Shown here one piece after another: positions 19,068 through 29,664 of a stretch of 64,000 nt of DNA; the stretch's first letter is position 1; every line of letters starts with the position of its first letter. The notes under the pieces are model-generated. The model was not told the origin of the DNA. It saw only the letters and a list, made by a program, of their open reading frames with translations, and ran no database searches. The stretch comes from an uncultured Candidatus Saccharibacteria bacterium (GTDB lineage: Bacteria; Patescibacteriota; Minisyncoccia; 2-02-FULL-40-12; GWA2-44-9): contig CAZENF010000001.1 in assembly GCA_964513645.1 (NCBI GenBank), positions 7,303-71,302 of the forward strand, in the 5' to 3' direction. A program made the translations under genes and the position numbers.

Positions 19068-19910
19068 ATGGTCCGAACAAGACATCAGAGGAAAACGCTG
19101 GCAAGATTGATTGAAAAATTCGGCATTAATAATATTTTCAGAGCGATTGACGGCCCGTCCGGGTTCCGGAAGCGGTTGGTTGAGGTTTTAATGAAAGACC
19201 CTTATTCCAAGCCTCAAAAACAGATACTGCCCTTAAAACATATCCGTCTCCAGGAACTTTTGGATGCTGGGATTAATTGCCCCCCATTCCTTTACTGGTT
19301 GCGAGGCGAAATTAAAATCGGCGAACTTAAAGATTTTTGGAAAAAACACGGACGGATATCCCTTAGAACCGTAACTGAAGAAATAAATCTTCAGCCAACA
19401 CCTAAACTTCCTGTTGCTTATGATAAGAGTGATTGGGGGTTCATCACCGGATTTTGCATCGAACATAATATTAAGTATCACACCTTAGTTAACGCAGCGC
19501 TGCCGCTTGAAGACTCTCTTCTGGCTGGAAATATTATTTTACTCGATCCGGACCATTACATTGTTTCTTATTTTGAAGGATACGGAACTCCGAGAGATGT
19601 GGATGACAAAGATTTTTCTGAACTTAAAGTTTACCTTCGGAGCTTCGGGAATCTTGTTCCTGCTTGGGCCCCTCCTCAAATAGATGAAATAATCGGTAAA
19701 CTTAAAGAGTTCAAGCCGGATTTCAGACCGATTACCTTCGAATTTTCTATCTATCCTTATCCGGTTGGCGTGCTAAAAAGACATGAAGTTTTCTGGGAAT
19801 GGCGTAGCGGTTGTGCTCACGATCTTTATACTATTGTGACGAGGATGCTCGAACGAGTTGATTCACATGAACTTACTTTACGGATTCCGAGACAGGTCGT
19901 AAATGTATAG
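19068..19910 (+). CDS. Uncharacterised protein, PPDK/PEP-synthase ATP-grasp-like (paralog B)
   Basis: Same motif series as paralog A. Confidence 0.7.
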   Translation: MVRTRHQRKTLARLIEKFGINNIFRAIDGPSGFRKRLVEVLMKDPYSKPQKQILPLKHIRLQELLDAGINCPPFLYWLRGEIKIGELKDFWKKHGRISLRTVTEEINLQPTPKLPVAYDKSDWGFITGFCIEHNIKYHTLVNAALPLEDSLLAGNIILLDPDHYIVSYFEGYGTPRDVDDKDFSELKVYLRSFGNLVPAWAPPQIDEIIGKLKEFKPDFRPITFEFSIYPYPVGVLKRHEVFWEWRSGCAHDLYTIVTRMLERVDSHELTLRIPRQVVNV

Positions 19911-20076
19911 AAAAATAAGTCTTAGAATCTTAAAACAATACGAAGATATAGTCATGGAATTAAAAGAAGAAAATTCTAAACTTAGATTAAGGAACAAAGA
20001 ACTTGAGATAAAGAATGAAGAGTTATATTCCGAAAGGGCCGGAGCGGTGTATCAAAACCAATTCTGTCAAAAATAA
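19903..20076 (+). CDS. Small coiled-coil protein, 57 aa (not in ORF track)
   Basis: MYRKISLRILKQYEDIVMELKEENSKLRLRNKELEIKNEEL...; start overlaps the end of paralog B; terminator follows. Confidence 0.5.
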   Translation: MYRKISLRILKQYEDIVMELKEENSKLRLRNKELEIKNEELYSERAGAVYQNQFCQK

Positions 20077-20120
20077 AAAGGCATTCGTGCCTTTTTTAGT
20101 TTAAAAACTTATCACTTATT

Positions 20121-20594
20121 TCAGTGTATCGTTCTCTTATTACTCTTATAGCTCGGGTTCATTACCATTATCACGTTACCGTGCTCGTCCGGATATATTT
20201 TTTTATAAGGCCAATTATCCTGTTCAGCTTCTAATTCGCCTATTTTGAGAATACAAGCTTTGAATTCTTCCGCAAACATGGCCACTATGTTGTCGGCTGC
20301 AACATCTTCATTGAGCTTCAAATAAGTCCTCAATCTCTTGTCTAACTTGGCCGTGAATCCAGGCTTATTATGTTCAATTATCGAAAAAAGGGGATAAGGC
20401 AATTCGGACACTTCAACACTGAACGTAAGTAAAGCACGCCTAATCGTATAACCTATCCGATTGATAGATGTAACCCAGTCAAGGTCAACTTCTTTGAAAG
20501 ATTTTGCCTCTATTTTTCTGCCTATGGCTTTGTGGTAATTAAACAAGGATTTCAACAGTTCTTTTGAAGGGTGGAACAATACCATTTCTACCAT
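20121..20594 (-). CDS. Hypothetical protein
   Basis: 157-aa ORF with SD gggag. Confidence 0.6.
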   Translation of the reverse strand: MVEMVLFHPSKELLKSLFNYHKAIGRKIEAKSFKEVDLDWVTSINRIGYTIRRALLTFSVEVSELPYPLFSIIEHNKPGFTAKLDKRLRTYLKLNEDVAADNIVAMFAEEFKACILKIGELEAEQDNWPYKKIYPDEHGNVIMVMNPSYKSNKRTIH

Positions 20595-20705
20595 CTTACT
20601 CCCGTTGTAAAGATACTTTTGAGGTGAATTTAAATGATTTTTTAAGAATAGTCAAGGGTCGAATTTTTATTTGTAAAAACTCCAAATTTTGATTAATATA
20701 ATTAA

Positions 20706-22427
20706 ATGACTCATCAAGAGATACGGGAAAAATTCAAGAAATTTTTTGAATCAAAAAATCACACCTGGGTTAAATCTTCTTCGTTGTTACCTGACGACCC
20801 TTCGGTGCTTTTTACAACTGCGGGCATGCAGCAGTTCAAACCTTACTACACCGGCAAGGCGGATGCGATGAAAGATTTCGGTTCTTTAAACACCGCATCA
20901 ATTCAGAAATCAATGCGGACCTCAGATATTGACGAAGTCGGAGATGAATCACATCTGACATTCTTTGAAATGTTAGGAAATTTTTCGTTCGGCGGATACT
21001 GGAAAGAAGAAGCGATTGCCTGCGCTCATCAGTTCATTACCAAAGAAATGGGTTTGACCATTGATTATGTTTCTGTGTTTGGTGGAGAAGGCCAGGTTCC
21101 GCCCGATGAAGAGTCGGAACTTTTGTGGAACGAGCTGGCTAAAAATTCAGGGACTAAAATAAGAATTGAAAAAATGGGCCGTAAAGACAACTTCTGGGGT
21201 CCGACTGGAGATGAAGGTCCTTGTGGTCCGACAACCGAGATATACGTGAATGGAGTTGAGATATGGAACGTCGTTTTTAATGAATATTACCAGCACAAAG
21301 ACGGCAAACTGGAGAAACTTAAAACTGCCGGCATTGATACCGGGATGGGTCTCGAGCGATTGGCAATGGTAGTTCAGAAAAAAAAGAATATTTTTGAGAC
21401 GGATCTATTGGAACCTATATTAAAAATGGCTCCCAAAGATTTAGACTTGAGAATTAAAAGAATAATAACTGACCATGCCAGATCAATTGTATTTTTATTA
21501 GGAGACGGGGTTATACCCTCTAACAAAGAGCAGGGTTACATATTGCGTAGATTAATGAGAAGAGTTATTGTTTATGAACATTTAAATTCAGACCTATTTT
21601 TAATCCAAGAAGGGATATTAAAAAAAGTTATGGAGATGTATTCACCGACTTATAAAGAATTATATAATACGGATATCATTTTTGAATTTAAAAAAGAAAG
21701 AGAAAAATTCAATAAAACCTTAAAACAAGGATTAAAAGAACTGGAAAAGTCAGAAAAAATTGATTCTAAATTAGCCTTTAAATTATATGAAAGTTTTGGA
21801 TTACCCTACGAAATAATTAAAGAGGTTGGCGATAAGAAAGCCACGAAACTTACTCGTGAAGCGTTTGACGAGGAGTTCAAAAAGCATCAGGAAAAATCCC
21901 GAGCCGGAGCGGAGAAAAAGTTCGGCGGACATGGATTATTGCTTGATACGGGAGAATTAAAGGCCGGGAACGAAGAAGAGCTCAAAAAAGCTACCCGGCT
22001 TCATACAGCAACTCATTTATTACATACCGCTTTGAGGAAGGTTCTGGGAAATGAAGTTCATCAAGCCGGCTCGGATATCACAGCGGAACGGTTAAGGTTT
22101 GATTTTAATTTTCCACGCAAATTAACCCACGAAGAATTACAAAAAATAGATGACTTAGCCAATGAAGCAGTTAGAAAAGATTATAAGGTTACCAAAAGAG
22201 AAATGACCTATGAAGATGCCATAAAATCCGGTGCTTTGGCCTTCTTCAAGTTAAAATATCCACCCAAAGTGAATGTTTATACTGTCGGGCCGGATGAAGG
22301 ATTTTTCAGCCGAGAACTTTGCGGCGGGCCGCATGTTTCGCATACAGCCGAGATAGGTCATATTAAAATAACCAAAGAAGAAGCAGTTTCCGCCGGAGTC
22401 AGGCGTATCAGAGCCACAGTTGATTAA
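20706..22427 (+). CDS. alaS: Alanine--tRNA ligase (short, no C-Ala domain)
   Basis: LFTTAGMQQFK, HLTFFEMLGNFSFG, DTGMGLERL, HTATHLL, ELCGGPH. Confidence 0.96.
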   Translation: MTHQEIREKFKKFFESKNHTWVKSSSLLPDDPSVLFTTAGMQQFKPYYTGKADAMKDFGSLNTASIQKSMRTSDIDEVGDESHLTFFEMLGNFSFGGYWKEEAIACAHQFITKEMGLTIDYVSVFGGEGQVPPDEESELLWNELAKNSGTKIRIEKMGRKDNFWGPTGDEGPCGPTTEIYVNGVEIWNVVFNEYYQHKDGKLEKLKTAGIDTGMGLERLAMVVQKKKNIFETDLLEPILKMAPKDLDLRIKRIITDHARSIVFLLGDGVIPSNKEQGYILRRLMRRVIVYEHLNSDLFLIQEGILKKVMEMYSPTYKELYNTDIIFEFKKEREKFNKTLKQGLKELEKSEKIDSKLAFKLYESFGLPYEIIKEVGDKKATKLTREAFDEEFKKHQEKSRAGAEKKFGGHGLLLDTGELKAGNEEELKKATRLHTATHLLHTALRKVLGNEVHQAGSDITAERLRFDFNFPRKLTHEELQKIDDLANEAVRKDYKVTKREMTYEDAIKSGALAFFKLKYPPKVNVYTVGPDEGFFSRELCGGPHVSHTAEIGHIKITKEEAVSAGVRRIRATVD

Positions 22428-22461
22428 TTATCATTTTTGATTTATCATATCGGGCAGAACT

Positions 22462-22722
22462 TTGTCTTCTGATACCCCGAAAGGAAACCAATTGACCTCG
22501 AATAATCCTGATTGTGTCAGACCCACTGCACCTATCGTCCCGTGTTATATTTGCCGTAAGCCGACCAAAACTTGCCAAACCGAGGGCTTAAAATGTCCGG
22601 TACCGAACCATTCTCAAGTCAGCAGATTAAGTAATGGCAGCTGGGTCTGCTCAAATATCTGCAAAGATATTTATACCCAAAACCATACTGTCGAAATTGA
22701 CGGTTACAGCCACGCCGTTTAA
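22462..22722 (+). CDS. Small Cys-rich hypothetical protein (possible Zn finger)
   Basis: CYIC and CSNIC motifs; start uncertain. Confidence 0.4.
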   Translation: MSSDTPKGNQLTSNNPDCVRPTAPIVPCYICRKPTKTCQTEGLKCPVPNHSQVSRLSNGSWVCSNICKDIYTQNHTVEIDGYSHAV

Positions 22723-22793
22723 TTAACCAGAGCTCTCTTCAAGGAGAGCTTTTTTAATTGAAGCTTTAATTAAAACCTGCTACAATGTTTGAT

Positions 22794-23015
22794 ATGAAAC
22801 TACCAAATCAAAGTTTAACCTCGGACGAAATAGTAAACGAGGTCGAAGGCACACCGGAAGACCTCAATGAAGAGCGTCTTGTCGGCCCTCAAGATGAGGA
22901 CGATGATGATCCGGATGATACCACTCCGGCTGAAGCAGAAGAATTGGCGGACGAAGGTGAAGAAATTATCAAACAGCAGAGGGAGAGCATCAGACGCCAC
23001 GATGAAAATAAATAA
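22794..23015 (+). CDS. Small acidic hypothetical protein
   Basis: Asp/Glu-rich ORF overlapping the frr start; TG-TACAAT just upstream favours ATG 22794. Confidence 0.55.
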   Translation: MKLPNQSLTSDEIVNEVEGTPEDLNEERLVGPQDEDDDDPDDTTPAEAEELADEGEEIIKQQRESIRRHDENK

Positions 23016-23569
23016 TGTATCAGGATTTAATTAAACAACGAAAGAGTGATTTCGACGCTGCTTTTGAGCATGCTCGGAGTGAAATTGCGGCCATTCGCAC
23101 CGGCCGTGCGAATTCGGCCATGGTTGAAGATATTCAAATTGAATACATGGGCTCAAAAATGAGACTAAAAGAACTTGCGACAATAATGACGCCCGAACCT
23201 CGGATGATAACCATTCAGCCCTGGGACAAAACTGTTATTCCGGTCATCGAAAAAGCCATCCGTGACCATGGAACCGGCTTATCTCCTGCTTCAGATTCGA
23301 ACGGGGTTAGAGTATCCGTTCCGTCTCTGATGGAAGAACGCCGCAAAGAAATGCTTAAGCTTCTGGGTCAAAGAGTCGAAGATGCCAGGATAAAAAGCCG
23401 CCATGTCAGAGAAGACATTCTTAAAAAAGTCCAAGCCGAAGTAAAAGCCAAGACTGCCCGTGAAGACGACCTTCGCAAAGCCAAAGACGAACTCCAGAAA
23501 GTTATGGATGATTTTAACCGGAAACTCGATGAGTTATCAAAAAAGAAAGAACAGGAATTAATGAATTAG
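23015..23569 (+). CDS. frr: Ribosome recycling factor
   Basis: IRTGRAN, IQPWDK, P.L.EERRKE. Confidence 0.95.
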   Translation: MYQDLIKQRKSDFDAAFEHARSEIAAIRTGRANSAMVEDIQIEYMGSKMRLKELATIMTPEPRMITIQPWDKTVIPVIEKAIRDHGTGLSPASDSNGVRVSVPSLMEERRKEMLKLLGQRVEDARIKSRHVREDILKKVQAEVKAKTAREDDLRKAKDELQKVMDDFNRKLDELSKKKEQELMN

Positions 23570-25885
23570 ATGATGAACAAAAACGACCCACATTTAAATA
23601 AGCTCAGTTGGGGCGTTTTTTTTATTTCATTGAGCGTTTTGTTCTTCGAGCTTTCTTTGGTCAGGTTGTTTTCGGTTGCTTTATCGCCGAGTCTGGCGTT
23701 TTTTGCGGTTACCCTTATATTTTTTGGTCTAACTCTGGGAGGGCTTACGGTTTATTTTTTGAACTCATTATTTTCAGATAAAAATTTTTATATAAAACTT
23801 GGTTATCTTGGTTCTCTGTTCGGATTTCTTCTCATCGCTTTCGTTTATATTTTTATAAACATCGATCCTTTAAGTAAGGCCGCATCTTTCAAAATGATAT
23901 GGCTTGCGGCTTTACCGATAACTCTGGCCAATGTTTATTTGTCTTATATTTTTAGTGTTAAAGCTGATAAAATTGGCAAAATATATGCTTTTGATCTGTC
24001 CGGTGCGGGTATAGGCGTGATGGTATGTTTGATACTTCTAAGCCATATGAGCCCGGTGGGGGTTATTTTGATCGCCGCTTTTATTGCTTTGGGAAGTAGT
24101 TTTCTGTTCATTGAAAATAAAAAACAGGCTTATTTATTGGGGTTTATTTTATTGAGTTTCTTTATATTTTTTACTAAAAATGGTTTTCCAGATATAAAAT
24201 ATACGAAACGTGGTTTTGAAGAAAACACGGTTTTTTCCAAATGGAACTCTTTTTCAAGAATATCTCTGCTTAGTGAAAAAGAAAAAAGATTTCTCTATTC
24301 TCTTCCGTCACCGGATATCCAGACCGTCGGCCAGATGGGGATTGAAATTGACGCCGATGCCTACACCTCGGTCCTGAACTTTAACGGAGATCTGAATAGC
24401 GTGAATTTTCTTAAAAAAGATCTTTCGAGCTTTGCTTATCATTTAAATTCTTCGGGCAAATCCCTGATCATTGGTCCGGGCGGGGGAAGGGACGTGTTAA
24501 CTGCTCTTTTGTTCAACAATAAAGTTACGGGCGTGGATATAAATCCGATAATTGTTAACAATCTTATGGAAAACCGGCTGAAAGATTTTTCTGGAGGCCT
24601 GTATTTCAGACCGAACGTGAACATTAAAGTTGCCGAGGGAAGGAGTTTTATCAAAAAAGACGGCAACAGGTACGATACAATTGAATTGTCTTTAGTTGAT
24701 ACTTGGGCATCCACGGCGGCAGGAAATTTAGCGATTGTTGAGGGCTATCTCTACACTTCCGAAGCGTTTGAAGATTACCTTCAACATCTTAATCAGGGTG
24801 GAGTTCTAACTATCTCGCGCTGGTCTTTAGATGGAGAAAAACTTATATCTTTATATTTTAATGCCGCGGAAAAATTAGGAATTAAAGACCCTTCAAAAAA
24901 TATAATTGTCATCGGTAAAACTGACGGCCGGGTCGGTTTGTATAATTATCTTTTTAAGAAAGAACCTTTTACTAAGGAAGAAATAAACAAAGCCAGCCAG
25001 TTCGTTAAGGCAAATGGTTTCTCGAATATTTATATTCCCGGCCAGCCATTGAATAATGAATATAATTCTTTCATCCTTTCTGATAATTGGCATGATTTTG
25101 TGGAGCATTACCCCTTGAACATAGCTCCGGCAACCGACGATAAACCTTTCTTTTTCTTTACTTTGCCGGTATCCGAGCTGACCCGATTCCATTTCATTGA
25201 AACCTATCTGCCTGACGGCGGGCTTGGCCTTGCCTTTAGGTTCGCTCTTATTTTTACCGTAATCTGTGTTTTGCTGCCTTTTATGTTTTCTTTTAAAAAA
25301 TTAAAAGGATTTTCCGCTGATGCGATTTGGTTTCTTTTATATTTCGGATTAATAGGGTTATCTTTCATGCTGATAGAGATATCATTAATTCAGAAATTTA
25401 TCCTTTACCTGGAATATCCGATCTATTCTTACTCGGTGGTCATTGCTACTTTACTGATCTTTGCTGGCTTCGGCAGTCTCAAAGCTCAACAGAGAAATAC
25501 CGGTACTAAAAATTTTACCTCGGCCGTGCTTATCTTATCAATCTTTTTTATAATCTATTCTGTATTTGGAAACCAGCTTATAAAAAATACGATATCCTTG
25601 GAAATATATAAAAAAATATTCTTAACCGTGCTGATAAATTCACTTCCAGCATATTTTATGGGTATGATGATGCCTTTGGGAATAAGAAAAATGAATGATT
25701 CGTCAATGAGTTATCTGACATCCTGGTGTTGGGCGGTGAACGGTTCAGCTTCGATCTTAGCTTCGGTCATTTCCGTATTTCTGGCATTATTATACGGATT
25801 TAACGGCGTAATTCTGATCGGAATGGCAGGATATATCCTATCCCTGCTCCCGATATTTTTTATCCGTTCACGGACCGTCGGTTAA
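23570..25885 (+). CDS. Membrane protein with spermidine-synthase-like SAM-binding domain
   Basis: Multi-TM flanks, YAFDLSGAG, IIGPGGGRD, VDINP, AEGRSF, ATDDKPFF, WAVNG. Confidence 0.85.
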   Translation: MMNKNDPHLNKLSWGVFFISLSVLFFELSLVRLFSVALSPSLAFFAVTLIFFGLTLGGLTVYFLNSLFSDKNFYIKLGYLGSLFGFLLIAFVYIFINIDPLSKAASFKMIWLAALPITLANVYLSYIFSVKADKIGKIYAFDLSGAGIGVMVCLILLSHMSPVGVILIAAFIALGSSFLFIENKKQAYLLGFILLSFFIFFTKNGFPDIKYTKRGFEENTVFSKWNSFSRISLLSEKEKRFLYSLPSPDIQTVGQMGIEIDADAYTSVLNFNGDLNSVNFLKKDLSSFAYHLNSSGKSLIIGPGGGRDVLTALLFNNKVTGVDINPIIVNNLMENRLKDFSGGLYFRPNVNIKVAEGRSFIKKDGNRYDTIELSLVDTWASTAAGNLAIVEGYLYTSEAFEDYLQHLNQGGVLTISRWSLDGEKLISLYFNAAEKLGIKDPSKNIIVIGKTDGRVGLYNYLFKKEPFTKEEINKASQFVKANGFSNIYIPGQPLNNEYNSFILSDNWHDFVEHYPLNIAPATDDKPFFFFTLPVSELTRFHFIETYLPDGGLGLAFRFALIFTVICVLLPFMFSFKKLKGFSADAIWFLLYFGLIGLSFMLIEISLIQKFILYLEYPIYSYSVVIATLLIFAGFGSLKAQQRNTGTKNFTSAVLILSIFFIIYSVFGNQLIKNTISLEIYKKIFLTVLINSLPAYFMGMMMPLGIRKMNDSSMSYLTSWCWAVNGSASILASVISVFLALLYGFNGVILIGMAGYILSLLPIFFIRSRTVG

Positions 25886-25934
25886 GAGTCGAAATTTGTC
25901 CGGAATAATTATAAATGCTATATTCTAAAGAATA

Positions 25935-27020
25935 ATGGTGACTTTTCTTATTTTTATCTTAGTCATCGGTGTCCTGGTCCTCGTTCATGAATGGGGACAT
26001 TTTATTATGGCTAAAAAAACGGGAATGAAAGTCGAAGAATTCGGTTTTGGTTTTCCGCCACGTTTGTTCGGCATTCAAAAAGGCGAGACGATATACTCGA
26101 TAAACTGGATACCCTTCGGAGGCTTTGTCAGAATATCGGGCGAGGACGGGGAAAGTAATGACCCAAGGAGCTTCAGCTCAAAATCAATGACAGCGAAATT
26201 AAAGGTCGTTGTGGCCGGAGTAATGATGAACCTTATTTTTGCTGTCTTCCTTCTTATCTTAGGCAACTTCCTGGGTTTAAGGATAGGTTTATTCGATGAT
26301 ACTACAATTGCCAAGGCGCATGATAAAAAAGTTCAAATTATCGAGATAGCTTCAGGCAGTCCGGCTGAACATGCCGGATTAAGGGTTTTAGATGAAATAG
26401 TCGGTTTTCAGGACAACGGCGCTCTTAAATCAATAACCTCAACAGCAGAGGTTCAGGATTTTACTTCAAAGAATGTCGGCCACCTGGTTGAGATGGTTAT
26501 CCGCCGCGGCAGTGAGACTGTCGTCAAAGAAGTTGAAGCGAGAGCAAATCCTCCGGCTGGAGAAGGAAGTGTTGGAATCGTCATGGCCTTAACCGGAGTT
26601 GTTTCTTATCCTTGGTATGAGGCTATCTGGCGAGGAAGCTATGATGCCGCAATCCTGGTCTACAATACTATTTATGGTTACTGGCTATTACTGACAACTC
26701 TTTTTTCAAGCGGCAAGCTTATTGGCGAGGTTTCAGGGCCTGTCGGTTTGGCAACCATAACCGGACAAGCGGCACGGGTCGGATTCAGTTATTTGGTTGA
26801 GTTTGTTGCTTTGATCTCGGTCAATCTTGCCGTGCTAAATATTGTTCCTTTCCCGGCACTCGATGGCGGCAAAGCGGCGATGGTCATTATCGAGAAAATC
26901 AAAGGTTCCCCGATAGACAGAAAATTAGAAAATATTGTAAATAGTTTGGGCTTTGCGCTTTTGATTGCCTTGATGATTTATGTCACAATTAAAGATATTG
27001 CTAAGCTTTTTATGGTATGA
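25935..27020 (+). CDS. rseP: Site-2 (M50) intramembrane protease with PDZ domain
   Basis: HEWGH, IPFGGFV, NIVPFPALDGG. Confidence 0.93.
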   Translation: MVTFLIFILVIGVLVLVHEWGHFIMAKKTGMKVEEFGFGFPPRLFGIQKGETIYSINWIPFGGFVRISGEDGESNDPRSFSSKSMTAKLKVVVAGVMMNLIFAVFLLILGNFLGLRIGLFDDTTIAKAHDKKVQIIEIASGSPAEHAGLRVLDEIVGFQDNGALKSITSTAEVQDFTSKNVGHLVEMVIRRGSETVVKEVEARANPPAGEGSVGIVMALTGVVSYPWYEAIWRGSYDAAILVYNTIYGYWLLLTTLFSSGKLIGEVSGPVGLATITGQAARVGFSYLVEFVALISVNLAVLNIVPFPALDGGKAAMVIIEKIKGSPIDRKLENIVNSLGFALLIALMIYVTIKDIAKLFMV

Positions 27021-28252
27021 GGTTTTCTGAATTATTTACCAAAACATTAAAAGAAGCTCCGACGGATGAAACTGCGGTCAATGCCCAGTTCTTATTGCGG
27101 GGCGGATTTGTTTTCAAAAATTCCGCCGGCATTTACTCCTATTTGCCACTTGGCTGGCTAGTTCTTTCAAAGATAGCGAAGATAATCAGAGAAGAGATGA
27201 ACGCCGTCGGAGGCCAGGAACTGTTCATGTCCGCTTTAGTAGAAAAAAAATATCTTGAACCGACAAAAAGATGGGATTTGGATATCGGTTTTTTTGCCAA
27301 ACCAATGAACGAACAGGAGGCAGGTTTTGTCCTTGGCTGGACCCACGAAGAAATGCTTACTTCGATCGCATCAAAATACGTCAGCTCTTATAAAGATTTG
27401 CCGTTTTCAGCTTATCAGATTCAAACCAAATTCAGACACGAGGCAAGAGCTAAATCTGGCTTACTCCGAGGCAGAGAGTTTATGATGAAAGACCTCTATA
27501 GTTTCCATACGAGCGAAGAAGACCTGATGGCTTATTATGCCAAAATTGCAAAAGCTTACCATAAAATATTTGAGCGCTGCGGATTGAAAGCTATTTATAC
27601 TCTTGCGGCCGGCGGAGCATTTACCATCAGCAATACTCACGAATTTCAAGTTTTAGCGGATGTAGGTGAAGATACTATTCTGATATGTTCAAAATGTAAT
27701 TATGCCGAGAACATTGAAATATCAAAACTTAAACCCGGAGACAAATGTCCTGAATGCAAAAACGCGATAGAAGAAAAAAAATCTATCGAAGTCGGCAACA
27801 TCTTTCCCTTGGGAACCAAATACTCTTCGGCTTTGGGTTTGGAATTTTCCAATGAAAAAGGGGACAAGAAACCCGTCGTCATGGGTTCTTATGGTATCGG
27901 CCTCGGACGCTTAATGGCCACTGCAGTTGAGGTTAGTCATGACGACAAAGGGATAATTTGGCCCAAAAATATCGCGCCATTTAAAGTTCATCTCATCTCA
28001 CTTGACGGCCGGAAAAAAGAAGCCGAAGAATTGTATAAAAAAATCAAAGACAGAGGAATTGGGATCATTTACGATGACAGGGAAGATAAAACTCCCGGAG
28101 AAAAATTTGCCGATGCTGACCTGATCGGTTGTCCATTTCGTCTGGTCATCAGTAATAAAACTATTGAAAAAGGATCGGTTGAAATCAAACATCGGAATAA
28201 AAAAGAATTTCAGCTTCTGAAACTCGACGATATCATTGACAATATAGTATAG
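27017..28252 (+). CDS. proS: Proline--tRNA ligase (short form)
   Basis: QIQTKFRHEAR..GLLRGREF.MKDLYSF, IEVGNIF.LGTKYS, MGSYGIG. Confidence 0.95.
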   Translation: MRFSELFTKTLKEAPTDETAVNAQFLLRGGFVFKNSAGIYSYLPLGWLVLSKIAKIIREEMNAVGGQELFMSALVEKKYLEPTKRWDLDIGFFAKPMNEQEAGFVLGWTHEEMLTSIASKYVSSYKDLPFSAYQIQTKFRHEARAKSGLLRGREFMMKDLYSFHTSEEDLMAYYAKIAKAYHKIFERCGLKAIYTLAAGGAFTISNTHEFQVLADVGEDTILICSKCNYAENIEISKLKPGDKCPECKNAIEEKKSIEVGNIFPLGTKYSSALGLEFSNEKGDKKPVVMGSYGIGLGRLMATAVEVSHDDKGIIWPKNIAPFKVHLISLDGRKKEAEELYKKIKDRGIGIIYDDREDKTPGEKFADADLIGCPFRLVISNKTIEKGSVEIKHRNKKEFQLLKLDDIIDNIV

Positions 28253-28284
28253 ATAGATATAATAGAGAATCCCATCTTAAGGAG

Positions 28285-28500
28285 ATGCTGATGCGTAGGG
28301 TCTTCTGTTCATCCGTCAATACGGATACAGGTTTTAAATCCTGCGAGATTTCTGACCTGACATATCAGATGATACGAGAAAAATTTCCTTCTGACGATGA
28401 GATACGTTCTTTTTTCAATGAAGTAGGGCGGAATTATGAAAATTTCAACGAAAAATCAATGCTTGACCACCTAGTCAAGCGTGGGATCTGGATTTTATAA
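28285..28500 (+). CDS. Small hypothetical protein
   Basis: SD aaggag, TTGACA upstream, hairpin downstream. Confidence 0.5.
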   Translation: MLMRRVFCSSVNTDTGFKSCEISDLTYQMIREKFPSDDEIRSFFNEVGRNYENFNEKSMLDHLVKRGIWIL

Positions 28501-28606
28501 ATTATTAAATAAGCCCCGAACGAGGGGCATTTTTATTTGTTGAACCTTAATCTTCAAATTTTTTGATTGTTGATATGATTTTTGCTATGTTAGTATATTA
28601 ATAAAT

Positions 28607-29656
28607 ATGCTCGATAAACTATTCGGCATCTGGTCAAAAGATATAGGAATAGATTTGGGTACGGCTAATACCCTGGTTTATGTTAGGGGAAAAGGCATTG
28701 TCATCAACGAACCGTCAATTGTGGCCCTTAATCAAAAAACAGGAAAAATCCTGGCTATCGGCAATGAGGCCAGGAAAATGGTCGGTCGGACTCCCGGTTA
28801 TATTACCGTCTCAAGACCGCTGATATCCGGCGTTGTTTCCGATTTTGAAGTAACCGAGCAGATGCTTAAATATTTTATCGACAAGGTCCATCAGGAAAGT
28901 TTTTCTTTGGTCCCACGTCCAAGAGTTGTAATCGGTGTACCTTCAGGCGTGACCGAAGTTGAAAAAAGAGCGGTTGAGGATGCTTCTTATAATGCCGGGG
29001 CCAGGGAGGTTTATCTAATTGAAGAACCTATGGCGGCGGCTATCGGCTCACGACTTCCTGTTCAGGAAGCTGTCGCGAATGTTATCGTCGATATCGGGGG
29101 AGGCACGACGGAAGTTGCCGTTATCTCAATGGGGGGTGTCATCGCTTCGCGGTCTTTGCGAGTTGCCGGCGATAAGCTTAATGAGGATATTTTAAGATAT
29201 CTGCGTGAAGAAAAAAATCTTTACATCGGCGAAGCAACGGCCGAACATATAAAAATAACCTTGGGTTCAGCTTATCCGCTGGAAGAAGAACTTGAAGGCA
29301 GGGTCAGGGGACGCGACCTTGTCTCGGGATTGCCGAAAGAAATATCTCTAAGTTCAGAAGATGTCCGGGAAGCAATATCTCGCTCGGTCAGGAGTATAAT
29401 TTTGGCAGTAAAAAATACGATCGAAGAAACGCCACCTGAACTTATCGCTGACCTGATAAATAAATATATTTTTCTGGCTGGCGGAGGAGCGTTATTGAGG
29501 GGTCTTGACCAGGCTATCGCCGAGGAAACAAAACTTTTTGTAAAGATCGTTGATGATCCTCTCACTGCCGTAGCTAGAGGCTGCGGATTTGTTCTTGAAA
29601 GCGTTGAACAGCTAAAAACTCTTCTGGTATCAACCGACCGCGAAGGTTACTTATAA
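28607..29656 (+). CDS. mreB: Rod shape-determining protein MreB
   Basis: IDLGTANT, EEPMAAAIG, DIGGGTTE, GGGALL. Confidence 0.97.
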   Translation: MLDKLFGIWSKDIGIDLGTANTLVYVRGKGIVINEPSIVALNQKTGKILAIGNEARKMVGRTPGYITVSRPLISGVVSDFEVTEQMLKYFIDKVHQESFSLVPRPRVVIGVPSGVTEVEKRAVEDASYNAGAREVYLIEEPMAAAIGSRLPVQEAVANVIVDIGGGTTEVAVISMGGVIASRSLRVAGDKLNEDILRYLREEKNLYIGEATAEHIKITLGSAYPLEEELEGRVRGRDLVSGLPKEISLSSEDVREAISRSVRSIILAVKNTIEETPPELIADLINKYIFLAGGGALLRGLDQAIAEETKLFVKIVDDPLTAVARGCGFVLESVEQLKTLLVSTDREGYL

Positions 29657-29664
29657 TCGCTGAG

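Noticed and set aside
20706-28252. Short AlaRS and ProRS as pseudogenes
   Set aside because: Catalytic motifs and reading frames are intact; compact forms lacking C-Ala or the editing insertion are known.
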